A stretch of DNA of 64,000 bases from an uncultured Myxococcia bacterium. Its GTDB lineage: Bacteria; Myxococcota_A; UBA9042; PHBI01. Both the position numbers and the translations under genes were made by a program. The notes beneath the pieces are model-generated. The model was not told the DNA's origin. It searched no databases and worked only from the letters and a program-made list of their open reading frames with translations. This document shows positions 12,619 to 21,809 of the stretch, piece after piece. The first letter of the stretch is position 1. The number at the start of each line of letters is the position of its first letter. The stretch is from contig OW818691.1 in the NCBI GenBank assembly GCA_942493285.1, positions 950,875 through 1,014,874 of the forward strand, given 5' to 3'.

Positions 12619-12994
12619 AACGAGCGCCCTCCTGGCGTGGTCTGGGTCGGCGGCGACGATGGAACGCGGTCCGACGCCGAAGCGATGCCACTGCATTGGC
12701 TACGTGGGGCGGTCCTGTCAAGCTGTCCAAATGGGCGGAAGCGGCGGGACGAACCCCGGTCGGTGGCTCGGTTCAACCGTCTCTGCCGCGCGAGGGGTGA
12801 TCCCGGTACCCGAACACGTTCGCTGCAGCGACGGCGCCGCACCGAACGTCGCGAGTCAGGGCAAACGTCTGCTCGCCAGGTCGCAGGCCCGCGGCGTTAG
12901 CTTGCCTTCGCCTGACGAGCGATCCGATCACGTCGCATACGTTTCCATCTCCAGGTGGGGCGGGAACCGCATTACGACGTCACGCTGGACGGCT

Positions 12995-14311
12995 TCAGCC
13001 CTCGTCGGTCGAGGCGTCGATTGCAGGAGCCTCGACCTTGGGGGCCTCGTCGACGAGGATCGCGGTGGCCATGAGATGGGCCATCGCCTTCTTCTCGAGC
13101 ATGTCCTGGCGCAGCGCCTCACGCATCTCGGGGCGCTCGTAAACCTTGCCGGCCTTCTCGCCGTGCTCCTGGATACGCTCGACGATCGCGGCCGACAGCT
13201 CGTCCTCCTCGATCTCGATCTTCTCCTGACGCGCGATGGCCTCGAGGATGAGGCTCTTGCGGACCTCGAACTGACCGATCGACTTGAACATCTCCCAGTT
13301 CTGCTCGACGAAGCGCATCGCCTGGTCGTCGCTCATGCCCTGGCCGCGGAACATACGCAGGAAGTGGCGGGCGCGCTCGGTGGCATAGCCCTCGACCATG
13401 GCCGGCGGGACCGGGAAGTCGTTGCGCTCGAGGATGACGTTGATGACCTTGCGCTCGGCCTCTTCGGTGCGACGCTTGTTGGCCTCGGCCCCGACCTTGG
13501 AGACGACGTCGTTGCGCAGCGCCTCGAGGTCGGCAAACCCGACGTCCTGGGCGAAGTCGTCGTCGAGCTCGGGCGCGTCTTCACGCATGAGGCCGGTCAC
13601 GACACACTCGAAGCGGGCCTTCTGACCGGCCATGCCGGGCGCCCCGTAGTCGTCGGGGAAGGTGATGTCGAAGCCCTTCTCGTCGCCGACGGACAGGCCC
13701 ATGAGCTCGTCCTCGAAGCCCGGGATGGTCTGGCCCGAGCCGAGCTTGACCTCGAAGGCCTTCATGTCGAGGCGCTTGTCGCGCTCGCCGTTGATGAAGC
13801 CGGTCGTGTCCACGATGACGATGTCACCCGTGTCGCTCTTGCGGTCCTCGACCGGGACCCGCTCCTTGTGGCGGTCCTGCATCGCGGTCAGGCGGCGCTC
13901 GACCTCGGCCGCTTCGACGTTGGCAGGCGTCACGGCGACTTCGATGCTCTGCCACGAGTGCAGCTCGACCTTGGGCTTTACCTGCGCGCGGATGGCGTAC
14001 TTGAGAGGCTCGCCGTGCTTGGCGATGCCGGGCTCGAGCTGCGGCTCGCCGACCATTCGGTCGCCGACCTTATCGGCCGCTTCCTGGAAGGAGTCGTTGA
14101 TGAGCTTGCGGGTCGCCTCGGTGGCGATCTCCTGAGCGAAGCTCTTCTTGACGAGGTCCTTGGGGGCCTTGCCAGGGCGGAAGCCGCGGACGCGGGCCTT
14201 CTTGCCGAACTCGCCGAGCTGGCGGTCGAGCTCACGGTTGACCTTGTCGGAGGGGATCTCGACTTCGATACGGACTTCGATTTCGCTTACGACCTGGACT
14301 GACGTCTGCAT
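12995..14311 (-). CDS. tig: Trigger factor
   Basis: Ribosome-binding signature GFRPGKAP, FKBP domain (IPGFEDELMG...FPDDY). Start moved to ATG 14311 (MQTSVQ). Confidence 0.97.
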   Translation of the reverse strand: MQTSVQVVSEIEVRIEVEIPSDKVNRELDRQLGEFGKKARVRGFRPGKAPKDLVKKSFAQEIATEATRKLINDSFQEAADKVGDRMVGEPQLEPGIAKHGEPLKYAIRAQVKPKVELHSWQSIEVAVTPANVEAAEVERRLTAMQDRHKERVPVEDRKSDTGDIVIVDTTGFINGERDKRLDMKAFEVKLGSGQTIPGFEDELMGLSVGDEKGFDITFPDDYGAPGMAGQKARFECVVTGLMREDAPELDDDFAQDVGFADLEALRNDVVSKVGAEANKRRTEEAERKVINVILERNDFPVPPAMVEGYATERARHFLRMFRGQGMSDDQAMRFVEQNWEMFKSIGQFEVRKSLILEAIARQEKIEIEEDELSAAIVERIQEHGEKAGKVYERPEMREALRQDMLEKKAMAHLMATAILVDEAPKVEAPAIDASTDEG

Positions 14312-14398
14312 GAGCTTGCCTTGTGGTGAGTCTTTTCGGTTGTTGCGTTCGCGTCGTCCGCGAGGTCGAGAGCCGACGAACGGGGCGGGTCCGGTGCG

Positions 14399-14481
14399 TG
14401 CGAGAGGGGGGACTCGAACCCCCACGACCTCAGGCCACTGGATTCTAAGTCCAGCGCGTCTACCAATTTCGCCACTCTCGC
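14399..14481 (-). tRNA. tRNA-Leu(UAG)
   Basis: GCGAGAGTGGCGAAATTGGTAGACGCGCTGGACTTAGAATCCAG...GGGGGTTCGAGTCCCCCCTCTCGCA; long variable arm; classic position upstream of tig; CCA not encoded. Confidence 0.96.
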
Positions 14482-14574
14482 GTAGGCCGGGACCGGCCCT
14501 GGGACCCGACGCGTTGGCGCGACTGCCATCGGGCCATCATCGGGGAAACGGTGCGGTAAGAGACCGCAGTAGAA

Positions 14575-14607
14575 ACAAAAAAAGGACAGGCCTTGCGGCC
14601 TGCCCTT
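14575..14607 (-). terminator. Intrinsic terminator after tRNA-Lys
   Basis: Minus strand AAGGGCAGGCC-GCAA-GGCCTGTCCTT followed by a T-rich run. Confidence 0.8.
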
Positions 14608-14611
14608 GCAG

Positions 14612-14684
14612 TGGGTGCGGAAGGAATCGAACCTTCAACCTACGGATTAAGAGTCCGGTGCTCTGCCAGTTGAGCTACGCACCC
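14612..14684 (-). tRNA. tRNA-Lys(CUU)
   Basis: GGGTGCGTAGCTCAACTGGCAGAGCACCGGACTCTTAATCCGTAGGTTGAAGGTTCGATTCCTTCCGCACCCA. Confidence 0.96.
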
Positions 14685-14836
14685 AGGATTGGTTGCCTGC
14701 TTTGCCGGCGCTTTCTGCATCGCGTCGGGAGGGCTGTCAATCAGATTCTGGGAGATTCTGATGTGAGTCGAGTCTGAGTCTATCGGGACATTGGCCGGCG
14801 AAAGAGTCTTGGTTTCGCGCGGTCTTCGAAGGGGTC

Positions 14837-14910
14837 TACACCCGGCAGGATTCGAACCTGCGGCCTACGGATTCGAAGTCCGACGCTCTATCCAGCTGAG
14901 CTACGGGTGT
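14837..14910 (-). tRNA. tRNA-Arg(UCG)
   Basis: ACACCCGTAGCTCAGCTGGATAGAGCGTCGGACTTCGAATCCGTAGGCCGCAGGTTCGAATCCTGCCGGGTGTA; anticodon loop CT-TCG-AA. Confidence 0.95.
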
Positions 14911-14977
14911 ATCCGTCCTGTCCGTTCCACGAAAGCCCGCAATCGCGCCGGGTCGTGGGAAGGAAAGAGGGGAGAGG

Positions 14978-15055
14978 TGGGGTGACTGAGGGGCTTTGAA
15001 CCCCCGACCTACGGTGCCACAAACCGTCGCTCTAACCAACTGAGCTACAGCCACC
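14978..15055 (-). tRNA. tRNA-His(GUG)
   Basis: G-1:C73 identity pair, anticodon loop TT-GTG-GC, encoded CCA. Confidence 0.95.
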
Positions 15056-15158
15056 ACGCTGAACAGAAGCCCCTGGAATCACTGGGGAATCTGTGTCTCT
15101 AGCGGAGACCCTTCATGGGGGTCACGCGTCTATTGGAATGGATTCGAGTGTAAGAGAG

Positions 15159-15232
15159 CGCGCCTGAGAGGATTCGAACCTCCGACCAACGGCTTAGAAG
15201 GCCGTTGCTCTATCCTGCTGAGCTACAGGCGC
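15159..15232 (-). tRNA. tRNA-Arg(UCU)
   Basis: GCGCCTGTAGCTCAGCAGGATAGAGCAACGGCCTTCTAAGCCGTTGGTCGGAGGTTCGAATCCTCTCAGGCGCG. Confidence 0.96.
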
Positions 15233-15383
15233 TCAGCATCCGTCGGAAGGTTTGGTTTCCGTCGGAGCGCAACCCGTGCTGCACCCGGCGGAGCCAGATG
15301 CCCCGCGGGTCGCGCGGTAGGCCACCAACAGGAGCGCCGCCCCCGTCAGCGAGGGCGGAGACTGATGGATCGGTTTTGGGCTG

Positions 15384-16136
15384 TCAACCCGAATCGACAC
15401 TTGTCTGGGTGAGATTTGATGGTGCGGGTTCAAGGGCGACCGGGCGGCGATGACGGGCGCGGCCGACGAGGGCGAAGTGAAGGACGAGCCACGCGACCTG
15501 CATCCAGAGGAGGACCGTGGGGACCCATAGGAGTGGGGCTTCCGGGCGCAGAGCGACGTCAGGGCCGATGAGACCGTCGGGACGGACGCGGTCGGACAAG
15601 ACGTCGAGACGTGCGGGGATGAGGTCGATGAGAATCCACGAGAAGAAGGCCATGAGGCCTGCGCTGAGCACGAACCAGATGACCTCGAGGATCCGAAAAC
15701 GTCGCAAGTGTGCGCGCACGTAGAGCAGCACGAAGCAGATGAGGGTGACGTACATGGCGAGGTGCATGTACCAATCGGAGAAGTCGCCGACGAACGGGAT
15801 GGCCGCCCCGACGATGGTCGTGCCGGCGAGCAGGGTCAGGCCGGTCATCAGGTAGCCCGTGCGAATCTGGCGCAGGAAGAGCTGGAGCCGGCTCACGTCG
15901 GAGCGGACCTTGGTGGCGACCGGGGTGGTCACCGGGGCAACCGCCTGAGCGACCTCGTCGGCTAGGTCCGTAGAAACGTCTGCTCGGGCGACCGCCCCGC
16001 TCAGACGATTGGGGCGGGAAGGCTCGCCCGAGCGATCCGATCGGTCTCCATGCGTTTCATCCTCTTTGGTGGCGAAACGCGTGGAGACGTCCGAGGGGCC
16101 GGCGGGTGTCGCGTCGTCTTGGCTGGTGGGGCGCAT
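15384..16136 (-). CDS. Hypothetical membrane protein (4 predicted TM segments)
   Basis: Four hydrophobic stretches after a polar N-terminus; co-oriented with neighbours. True start uncertain and probably downstream of 16136. Confidence 0.6.
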   Translation of the reverse strand: MRPTSQDDATPAGPSDVSTRFATKEDETHGDRSDRSGEPSRPNRLSGAVARADVSTDLADEVAQAVAPVTTPVATKVRSDVSRLQLFLRQIRTGYLMTGLTLLAGTTIVGAAIPFVGDFSDWYMHLAMYVTLICFVLLYVRAHLRRFRILEVIWFVLSAGLMAFFSWILIDLIPARLDVLSDRVRPDGLIGPDVALRPEAPLLWVPTVLLWMQVAWLVLHFALVGRARHRRPVALEPAPSNLTQTSVDSG

Positions 16137-16169
16137 CGGGGCCCATCCTGTGCGGCTGTGTGGTGGGTG

Positions 16170-16799
16170 TCAATGAGCGCGGTCGGGGTGTTGGCGATCG
16201 GGCGGGGCAACGGCGGGCGCGATGGGTGGGGTGGGCGTCGGGGCCGAGCGGGCGAGGGTTGCTTCGAGGTGGGCGCGTGCGGCGGGGTGGGACCAGTCAC
16301 GTGCGCCTTCGTAACGCTCGAGGCGGCGGTGGTTGGCGTCGAGCAGCAGCGTCACGGGCAGGGCCGAGATGTCGAAGGCGTCGACCTGTCTGCGGTCGAG
16401 CGCACGCAGGGCCCGGCGCATGTCGATGCCGGGGAGGCGACGCATGTTGGGCCAGGTGTCGTCGACGGCTACGGCGACCACCGTGAACGGGAGGTCGGGC
16501 GTGGAGGCCAGCACCTGCAGGAGCGGGAGCTCGTCGCGGCAGGGAGCACACCAGCTCGCCCAGAAGTGGAGCAGGACCGGGCCGCGATGGTTGGTGAGCG
16601 AGTCGCGCGTGAGCGAGGCCGACTCGAAGGTGAGCGGTGGTGCGGGGCGCAGCGTGTCGGGTGCGGAGCGGAAGGTGGGGGCCGCTGAGCGACCCTGTTC
16701 GACGAGGTACCAGATGAGGACGGCGGCGAGCTGAAGGCCGAGGATGATGGCGATGGCGATGAAGATGCGGCGTTTTCTGGGTTTGCCGGGGGCATTCAT
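16170..16799 (-). CDS. TlpA/ResA-family thiol-disulfide oxidoreductase
   Basis: N-terminal TM anchor, LLHFWASWCAPCRDELP, cis-Pro motif ALPVTLLLD; ATGA overlap with the RND gene. Confidence 0.9.
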   Translation of the reverse strand: MNAPGKPRKRRIFIAIAIILGLQLAAVLIWYLVEQGRSAAPTFRSAPDTLRPAPPLTFESASLTRDSLTNHRGPVLLHFWASWCAPCRDELPLLQVLASTPDLPFTVVAVAVDDTWPNMRRLPGIDMRRALRALDRRQVDAFDISALPVTLLLDANHRRLERYEGARDWSHPAARAHLEATLARSAPTPTPPIAPAVAPPDRQHPDRAH

Positions 16800-19700
16800 G
16801 TGGGAGTCGCCGCGGGGGCAAGTGGTGGCGTGGCGTCGCTGCGGCGCGTGAAGAGGACGTAGAGGGAGGGCAAGACGAAGAGCGTGAGCAGGGTCGACGA
16901 GATGAGGCCACCGATGACGACGGTCGCGAGGGGGCGCTGGACCTCGGCGCCGATCCCGCTGTTGAGGGCCATCGGGAGGAAGCCCAGGGCGGCGACGAGT
17001 GAGGTCATGAGGACCGGGCGCAGGCGGGTGGTGGCGGCGTAGAGCAGGCTCTGGGTGAGCGGCAGACCATGGGCCAGGTGTTGGCGCAGGGTCGAGACGA
17101 GCACCATGTCGCCGAGCACCGAGACACCCGAGACGGCGATGAAACCAACGGCCGCGGAGACGGACAAGGGCAGGTCGGCGAGCCAGAGGGCGAGCACGCC
17201 GCCGACCATCGAGAAGGGGACACTCGCGAAGATACGCAGGGCGTCGCGCCAGCGGCCATAGGTCAGGTAGAGGAGCAGCAAGACGACGAACAGCGCGATG
17301 GGGATGATGAGGGTGAGGCGGGCGCGGGCGGCCTCGAGCTGTTCGTACTGGCCGCCGATGACGATGCGATAACCCGATGGAAGGTCGACGCTTTCGAGGC
17401 GGTTGCGGGTCTCTTGCACCCAGCTCGTCAGGTCGCGGTCACGGACGTTGGCCTGCACGACGACGCGGCGCTGCCCCCACTCGCGGTTGATGGTGGCCGG
17501 GGTCTCACGGGGCTCGAGGCGGGCGAGTGTGGAGAGTGGGATCCGTTCGCCGCGGGGTGTTGTGACAAGCGTCTTGCCGAGCGTGTCGGCGTCGATCCGG
17601 AGGTGGTCTTCGAGGCGGATGGCGATGGGGAAGCGGCGCTCGCCGTCCTGCAGCTCGCCGGCCGGGATCCCGGAGAAGGCCGCGACGACCTGCAAGACCT
17701 CGTCGGCGGACAGGCCGTGGCGCGCAATGGCTTCACGGTCGACGACGGCGCTCATCATCGGGGCGCCCCTCAGTTGTTCGGTCACGACGTCGACGGAGCC
17801 GGGGATGGTCTTGAGGATCTGTTCGACCTCACGCGCCTTCTCTTTGAGGAGGGTCAGGTCCTCACCAAAGAGCTTGAGCCCGATGTGCGAGCGGATCCCG
17901 CCGACCATCTCGTTGACCCGCATCTCGATGGGCTGCAGGAACGAGGCGCGCATGCCCGGCATCACGCTGAGCTCCTCCTGCATGAGGCGCGTGACCTCCG
18001 CTTGGGTGGACGCGCGCGTCCAGACGTCGCGGGGCTTCAGCATGATGAAGACGTCGGAGAGCTCGAGTCCCATCGGGTCGGTGGCGACCTCGGCCGTGCC
18101 CGTGCGTGTCCATATCGTTTCGATTTCGTTGGGGAATCTGGCGAGCAGGAGCTGTTCGATCCGCGTGCCGTAGCGGATCGATTCGTCGAGTGAGACGGAC
18201 GCGAGGCGGACCGTGTTGATGACGATGGAGCCCTCCATGAGGCGGGGAACGAAGTCGACGCCCAGCCGGGTCGCGACGAACGCGGCGTTGCCAAGCACGA
18301 TGAGCGCGATGGTGGTGACGAGCCACGGGGCGCGCAGCGTGGCCGCGAGGAGACGCCGGTAGCCCGAGCGGATGTGTTCGCCAAGGCGTGTCAGTGGGTT
18401 CCTTCGTGGGCGGCGGCGGCGCAAAACAAGGCTCGCGAGGACCGGCATGAGGGTGACCGACAGAAGCATCGAGGCGGATAGGGCGAACACGACGGTGAGC
18501 GCCATCGGGACGAAGAGCTTGCCGTCGTGGCCTTCGAGCGTGAGGATCGGCAGGTAGACCGCCATGATGACGAGCTCGCCGAAGAGGGTCGGGCGGCGGA
18601 CCTCCAGCGCAGCGTTGAGCACGACGTAACGATCGGAGATGTCGGTCGAGGCGTCGTGGAGGCGGCGCTCGGCGTTCTCGACCATGATGACCGAGCTGTC
18701 GACGATCATGCCGAAGTCGATGGCGCCCAGGCTCATGAGGCTGCCAGCGACACCAAAACGCAACATGAGGTCAAACGCACACAACATGGATAGCGGGATG
18801 GCGAGGGCCACGATGAGGCCCGCGCGGAGGCTGCCCAAGAAGATGAAGAGGATGGCGATGACGAGCAGGGCCGCCTCGAGCAGGTTCCTTTTGACGGTTG
18901 TCAGGACCTCGTCGACCAGCGTCGTGCGTTCGTAGGCGACGTTCACTTCGAGGTCGGGTGGCAGGGTCTTCTTGATTGCGGTGAGGCTCTGTTCGAGGCG
19001 TTGGGTGACCTCGTGGCTGTTGCCGCCCATGAGCATGAAGGCGAGGCCCAGGACGACCTCGCCCTTGCCGTTGGCGGTCACCGCACCCCGTCGGATCGGG
19101 TGGCCGATGGCGACCCGCGCGACGTCACGAACGAGGACGGGGCGGCCGTCGGTCGTCGCCACGACGATGTCTTCGATGTGGCGGGTCGTCGTGATGAGGG
19201 CCTCGCCGATGACGGCGGTCGACTCACCCGCGAGGTCGAGGGTCCCACCGCCGACGATGAGGTTGTTGTCGGCGAGTGCCGTGATGAGGTGGTCGAGCGA
19301 GAGGCCGCGGCTCATGAGGTCGGTCGGGTCGACGAGCACCTGGTACTCGCGTTCGTAGCCGCCCCAGGCGACGACCTCGGCGACGCCGGAGACCTCGCGC
19401 AGGCGTGGGGCGATGAGCCAGTCGTGCTCGGTGCGGGCGCGGGTCGAAGTTGGGCCGGAGGCGGGCGTGGGCGTGGGCGCGTGGGCGGGCGTGGGCGCAG
19501 GCGCGGGGGCGGGCTCGGGCGCAGGCGTGGGCGCAGGCGTGGGGGCGGGCTCGGGCGTGGGCTCGGGCGTGGGCGCAGGCGCGGGCGCGGGCGTGGGCGC
19601 GGGCGCGGACGCGGGCGTGGGCGCGCGTGAGGTCGAAGCGTCGGTCACCAGGTAGTGGAAGATCTCGCCCAGCCCGGTCGCGACCGGACCAAGGGTCGGT

Positions 19701-20074
19701 GGGGTGACGTTGTTGGGGAGGTCGACTGCGGCGAGGCGTTCGGTCACGACCTGACGGGCGCGCCAGAGGTCCGCGTCGTCGTCAAAGACAAGCGTCACCT
19801 GTGAGAAGCCGTTGCGCGAGAGCGAGCGGATCTGCGTCAGGTCGGGCAGGCCCGAGAGCGCTTGTTCGATGGGGCGCGTGAGCTGGCGTTCGATCTCCAG
19901 CGGGGGCAGGGCAGGTGCGCTGGTATTGACCTGGACCTGGATCGGCGTCGTGTCGGGGAAGGCGTCGATGGGTAGTCGGGTGAGCGCACTGATGCCGAGG
20001 CCCGCGAGGCCAAGCCAGCCGAGCACGACGACGAGACGGTTGTCGAGAGACCAGCGGATGACGGCTTCGAGCAT
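16796..20074 (-). CDS. czcA: CusA/CzcA-family heavy-metal efflux RND transporter with a ~55-60 aa Pro/Ala/Thr insertion
   Basis: LPIDAFPD, TGLGEIFHY, TM4 LGAIDFGMIVDSSVIMVEN (CzcA-type DFG...D...E), RLRPVLMT, QRPLATVVIGG. Confidence 0.92.
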   Translation of the reverse strand: MLEAVIRWSLDNRLVVVLGWLGLAGLGISALTRLPIDAFPDTTPIQVQVNTSAPALPPLEIERQLTRPIEQALSGLPDLTQIRSLSRNGFSQVTLVFDDDADLWRARQVVTERLAAVDLPNNVTPPTLGPVATGLGEIFHYLVTDASTSRAPTPASAPAPTPAPAPAPTPEPTPEPAPTPAPTPAPEPAPAPAPTPAHAPTPTPASGPTSTRARTEHDWLIAPRLREVSGVAEVVAWGGYEREYQVLVDPTDLMSRGLSLDHLITALADNNLIVGGGTLDLAGESTAVIGEALITTTRHIEDIVVATTDGRPVLVRDVARVAIGHPIRRGAVTANGKGEVVLGLAFMLMGGNSHEVTQRLEQSLTAIKKTLPPDLEVNVAYERTTLVDEVLTTVKRNLLEAALLVIAILFIFLGSLRAGLIVALAIPLSMLCAFDLMLRFGVAGSLMSLGAIDFGMIVDSSVIMVENAERRLHDASTDISDRYVVLNAALEVRRPTLFGELVIMAVYLPILTLEGHDGKLFVPMALTVVFALSASMLLSVTLMPVLASLVLRRRRPRRNPLTRLGEHIRSGYRRLLAATLRAPWLVTTIALIVLGNAAFVATRLGVDFVPRLMEGSIVINTVRLASVSLDESIRYGTRIEQLLLARFPNEIETIWTRTGTAEVATDPMGLELSDVFIMLKPRDVWTRASTQAEVTRLMQEELSVMPGMRASFLQPIEMRVNEMVGGIRSHIGLKLFGEDLTLLKEKAREVEQILKTIPGSVDVVTEQLRGAPMMSAVVDREAIARHGLSADEVLQVVAAFSGIPAGELQDGERRFPIAIRLEDHLRIDADTLGKTLVTTPRGERIPLSTLARLEPRETPATINREWGQRRVVVQANVRDRDLTSWVQETRNRLESVDLPSGYRIVIGGQYEQLEAARARLTLIIPIALFVVLLLLYLTYGRWRDALRIFASVPFSMVGGVLALWLADLPLSVSAAVGFIAVSGVSVLGDMVLVSTLRQHLAHGLPLTQSLLYAATTRLRPVLMTSLVAALGFLPMALNSGIGAEVQRPLATVVIGGLISSTLLTLFVLPSLYVLFTRRSDATPPLAPAATPT
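19464..19625. repeat. About 27 tandem GGCGYG-type hexamers in frame inside czcA (encodes PAPTPAPEP...)
   Basis: Units ggcgtg / ggcgcg / ggcgca / ggctcg read directly from the sequence. Confidence 0.9.
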
Positions 20075-21423
20075 CAGTCCGTCTCGCAGCAGCCAGCCCC
20101 GATGCTGTCTTTCAATATCTCGGTTTTCAAGAGAAAGCTGCCGGCGGCGACGACGGGTTCATCCGGGGCGAGGCCGGCGCTGAGGACGACATGGTCGCCC
20201 TGGCGTTGGGCGACGGTGACGCGGCGGGTCTCGAACGTCGTGGGGGACGTCTGCACGAAGACGAGGTCGACCTCGGCGACGCGTTGGATGGCGGCGGCTG
20301 GGACACGGACGCTCGGGGCCCTTGTGCGGGTCTCGATGGAGGCGGTCGCGAACATGTGGGCGCGTAACGTAAGGTCGGGGTTCGCGATGGGGACCCGGAC
20401 GTTGACGGTGCGCGAGGCCTTGTCGACGGCGGGGGCGATGTAGGCGGTCTCGCCTTGGAAGGTCTGGTCGGGGAGGGCGTTGACGCTGACGGTGGCGGAC
20501 ATGCCGACCGTGAGGGTGCCGACGTCGCGCTCGGGGACGTCGAGCACGGCCCACATGGAGGACGGGTCGACGACGAGAAAGAGGGGTTCTTCCGCGGTGA
20601 CGGTCTTGCCCGCGTTGACGTGGCGCTCGACGATGAGCCCGGCCATTGGCGTGGTCACGGTGAAGCGACCTTCGGCATCCGCGACCACGAGCGACAGGGT
20701 TGCCTCGGCTCCCCGCAGGTCGGCGCGGGCGGAGGCGAGCGCTTCTTCGGCGTCGAGGACCTCGCTCTCGGAAACGAGCTGGGTGGTCTGGAGGTTACGC
20801 TTGCGGTCGCGTTGCCGGGTGAGGATCCGGACCTTCTCGCGGGAGGCCTGGAGCTTCGCGCGTTCGCCTTCCAGCGTGGTCGAGCGCAGGGTTGCGAGCG
20901 GTGCGCCGGCCTCGACCCGCGCGCCGACCTCGACGTGCAGGGTCTCCACGAGGGCCGTGAGGCGGGCGTTGACCTCGGCGACGCGGGTGGCGTCATAGGT
21001 CAGGGTGGCAGGGACGGTGAGCGTGTGGGTCGATTCGACCGACTCGGCGTGGACGATGGTGAGGCCGGCCTGGGCGGTCACTCCGTCGTGGGCGAAGCGG
21101 ATGACCGTGCCCGTCTCCGGGGCCTGGTCGTCGATGGCCTTGGCGACGTCGGGGTTGGGTCGGCCTTTGCGCTCGGGGTGGCAGGTCGGGCAGAGCGACT
21201 CCGGGAAGTCGTGTTCGATGCACCAATCGCCCTTGTTCTTGAAGACGACGGCGAGCGCGGGGTTGCAGCGGGTGCAGAGCGACTGGAGCAGGCCGTGCTC
21301 GGGGCAGATGGCGTCCGGTTCGGTCGGCGATGAGGGCGCAGGCGGCGCGGGCGGACCTTCGCCGCTCTGGGGTTGGCAGGCGCCAAGACAGAGGGCGAGG
21401 GTGACCGCGACCGCGCGCGTCAT
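20074..21423 (-). CDS. RND efflux periplasmic adaptor (CzcB/CusB-like) lipoprotein with an N-terminal tandem Cys/His motif
   Basis: Lipobox LCLGAC; CPEHGLLQSLCTRC and WCIEHDFPESLCPTC; lipoyl/barrel motifs (VTTPMAGLIVERHV, YIAPAVDKASRTVNVR); C-terminal GAGCC. Start moved to ATG 21423; TGATG overlap with czcA. Confidence 0.9.
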   Translation of the reverse strand: MTRAVAVTLALCLGACQPQSGEGPPAPPAPSSPTEPDAICPEHGLLQSLCTRCNPALAVVFKNKGDWCIEHDFPESLCPTCHPERKGRPNPDVAKAIDDQAPETGTVIRFAHDGVTAQAGLTIVHAESVESTHTLTVPATLTYDATRVAEVNARLTALVETLHVEVGARVEAGAPLATLRSTTLEGERAKLQASREKVRILTRQRDRKRNLQTTQLVSESEVLDAEEALASARADLRGAEATLSLVVADAEGRFTVTTPMAGLIVERHVNAGKTVTAEEPLFLVVDPSSMWAVLDVPERDVGTLTVGMSATVSVNALPDQTFQGETAYIAPAVDKASRTVNVRVPIANPDLTLRAHMFATASIETRTRAPSVRVPAAAIQRVAEVDLVFVQTSPTTFETRRVTVAQRQGDHVVLSAGLAPDEPVVAAGSFLLKTEILKDSIGAGCCETD

Positions 21424-21809
21424 TGCGTCGCCGGAGCCGGAGCGTCGGCCTTGGGAGGTCGTACGATCTTGAGGTCCGGGTTGCACTTCAAGCATTGGGA
21501 CTCAGGGAGCCCGTGCTCGGCGCACCAGTCGTTCGTCGCTTTGAAGGCCGGGATGAGCTTCGGGTTGCAGCGGGTGCAGACCGACTCGGGGACGGCGTGG
21601 CCGCCGCACCAGTCCTCCCAGGTGCCGGGCGCGTAGCCGGCGGGAGCGTGGTCAGGTGAGGTGGCCGCGGCGGCAGGGGAGGGGGCGGGCGCGGCGGCGG
21701 GAGCCGGAGCGGGCGATTGCGCGGGTGTCGTGTCGCCCTTGCAGCCGAGGCCGAAGGCGACCGAAATCACCAACAGCAGAGGCAGGATAGGCAGAACCGG
21801 TCGCGACAT
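21420..21809 (-). CDS. Small lipoprotein with two C-x2-H-x6-C-x2-C motifs (putative periplasmic metal chaperone)
   Basis: Lipobox FGLGC; WCGGHAVPESVCTRCNP and WCAEHGLPESQCLKCNP; ATGA overlap with the adaptor gene. Confidence 0.8.
   Translation of the reverse strand: MSRPVLPILPLLLVISVAFGLGCKGDTTPAQSPAPAPAAAPAPSPAAAATSPDHAPAGYAPGTWEDWCGGHAVPESVCTRCNPKLIPAFKATNDWCAEHGLPESQCLKCNPDLKIVRPPKADAPAPATQ

Noticed and set aside
14399-15232. tRNA cluster as a prophage or island attachment site
   Set aside because: No integrase, no duplicated tRNA 3-prime end seen in the window, and housekeeping genes flank it.
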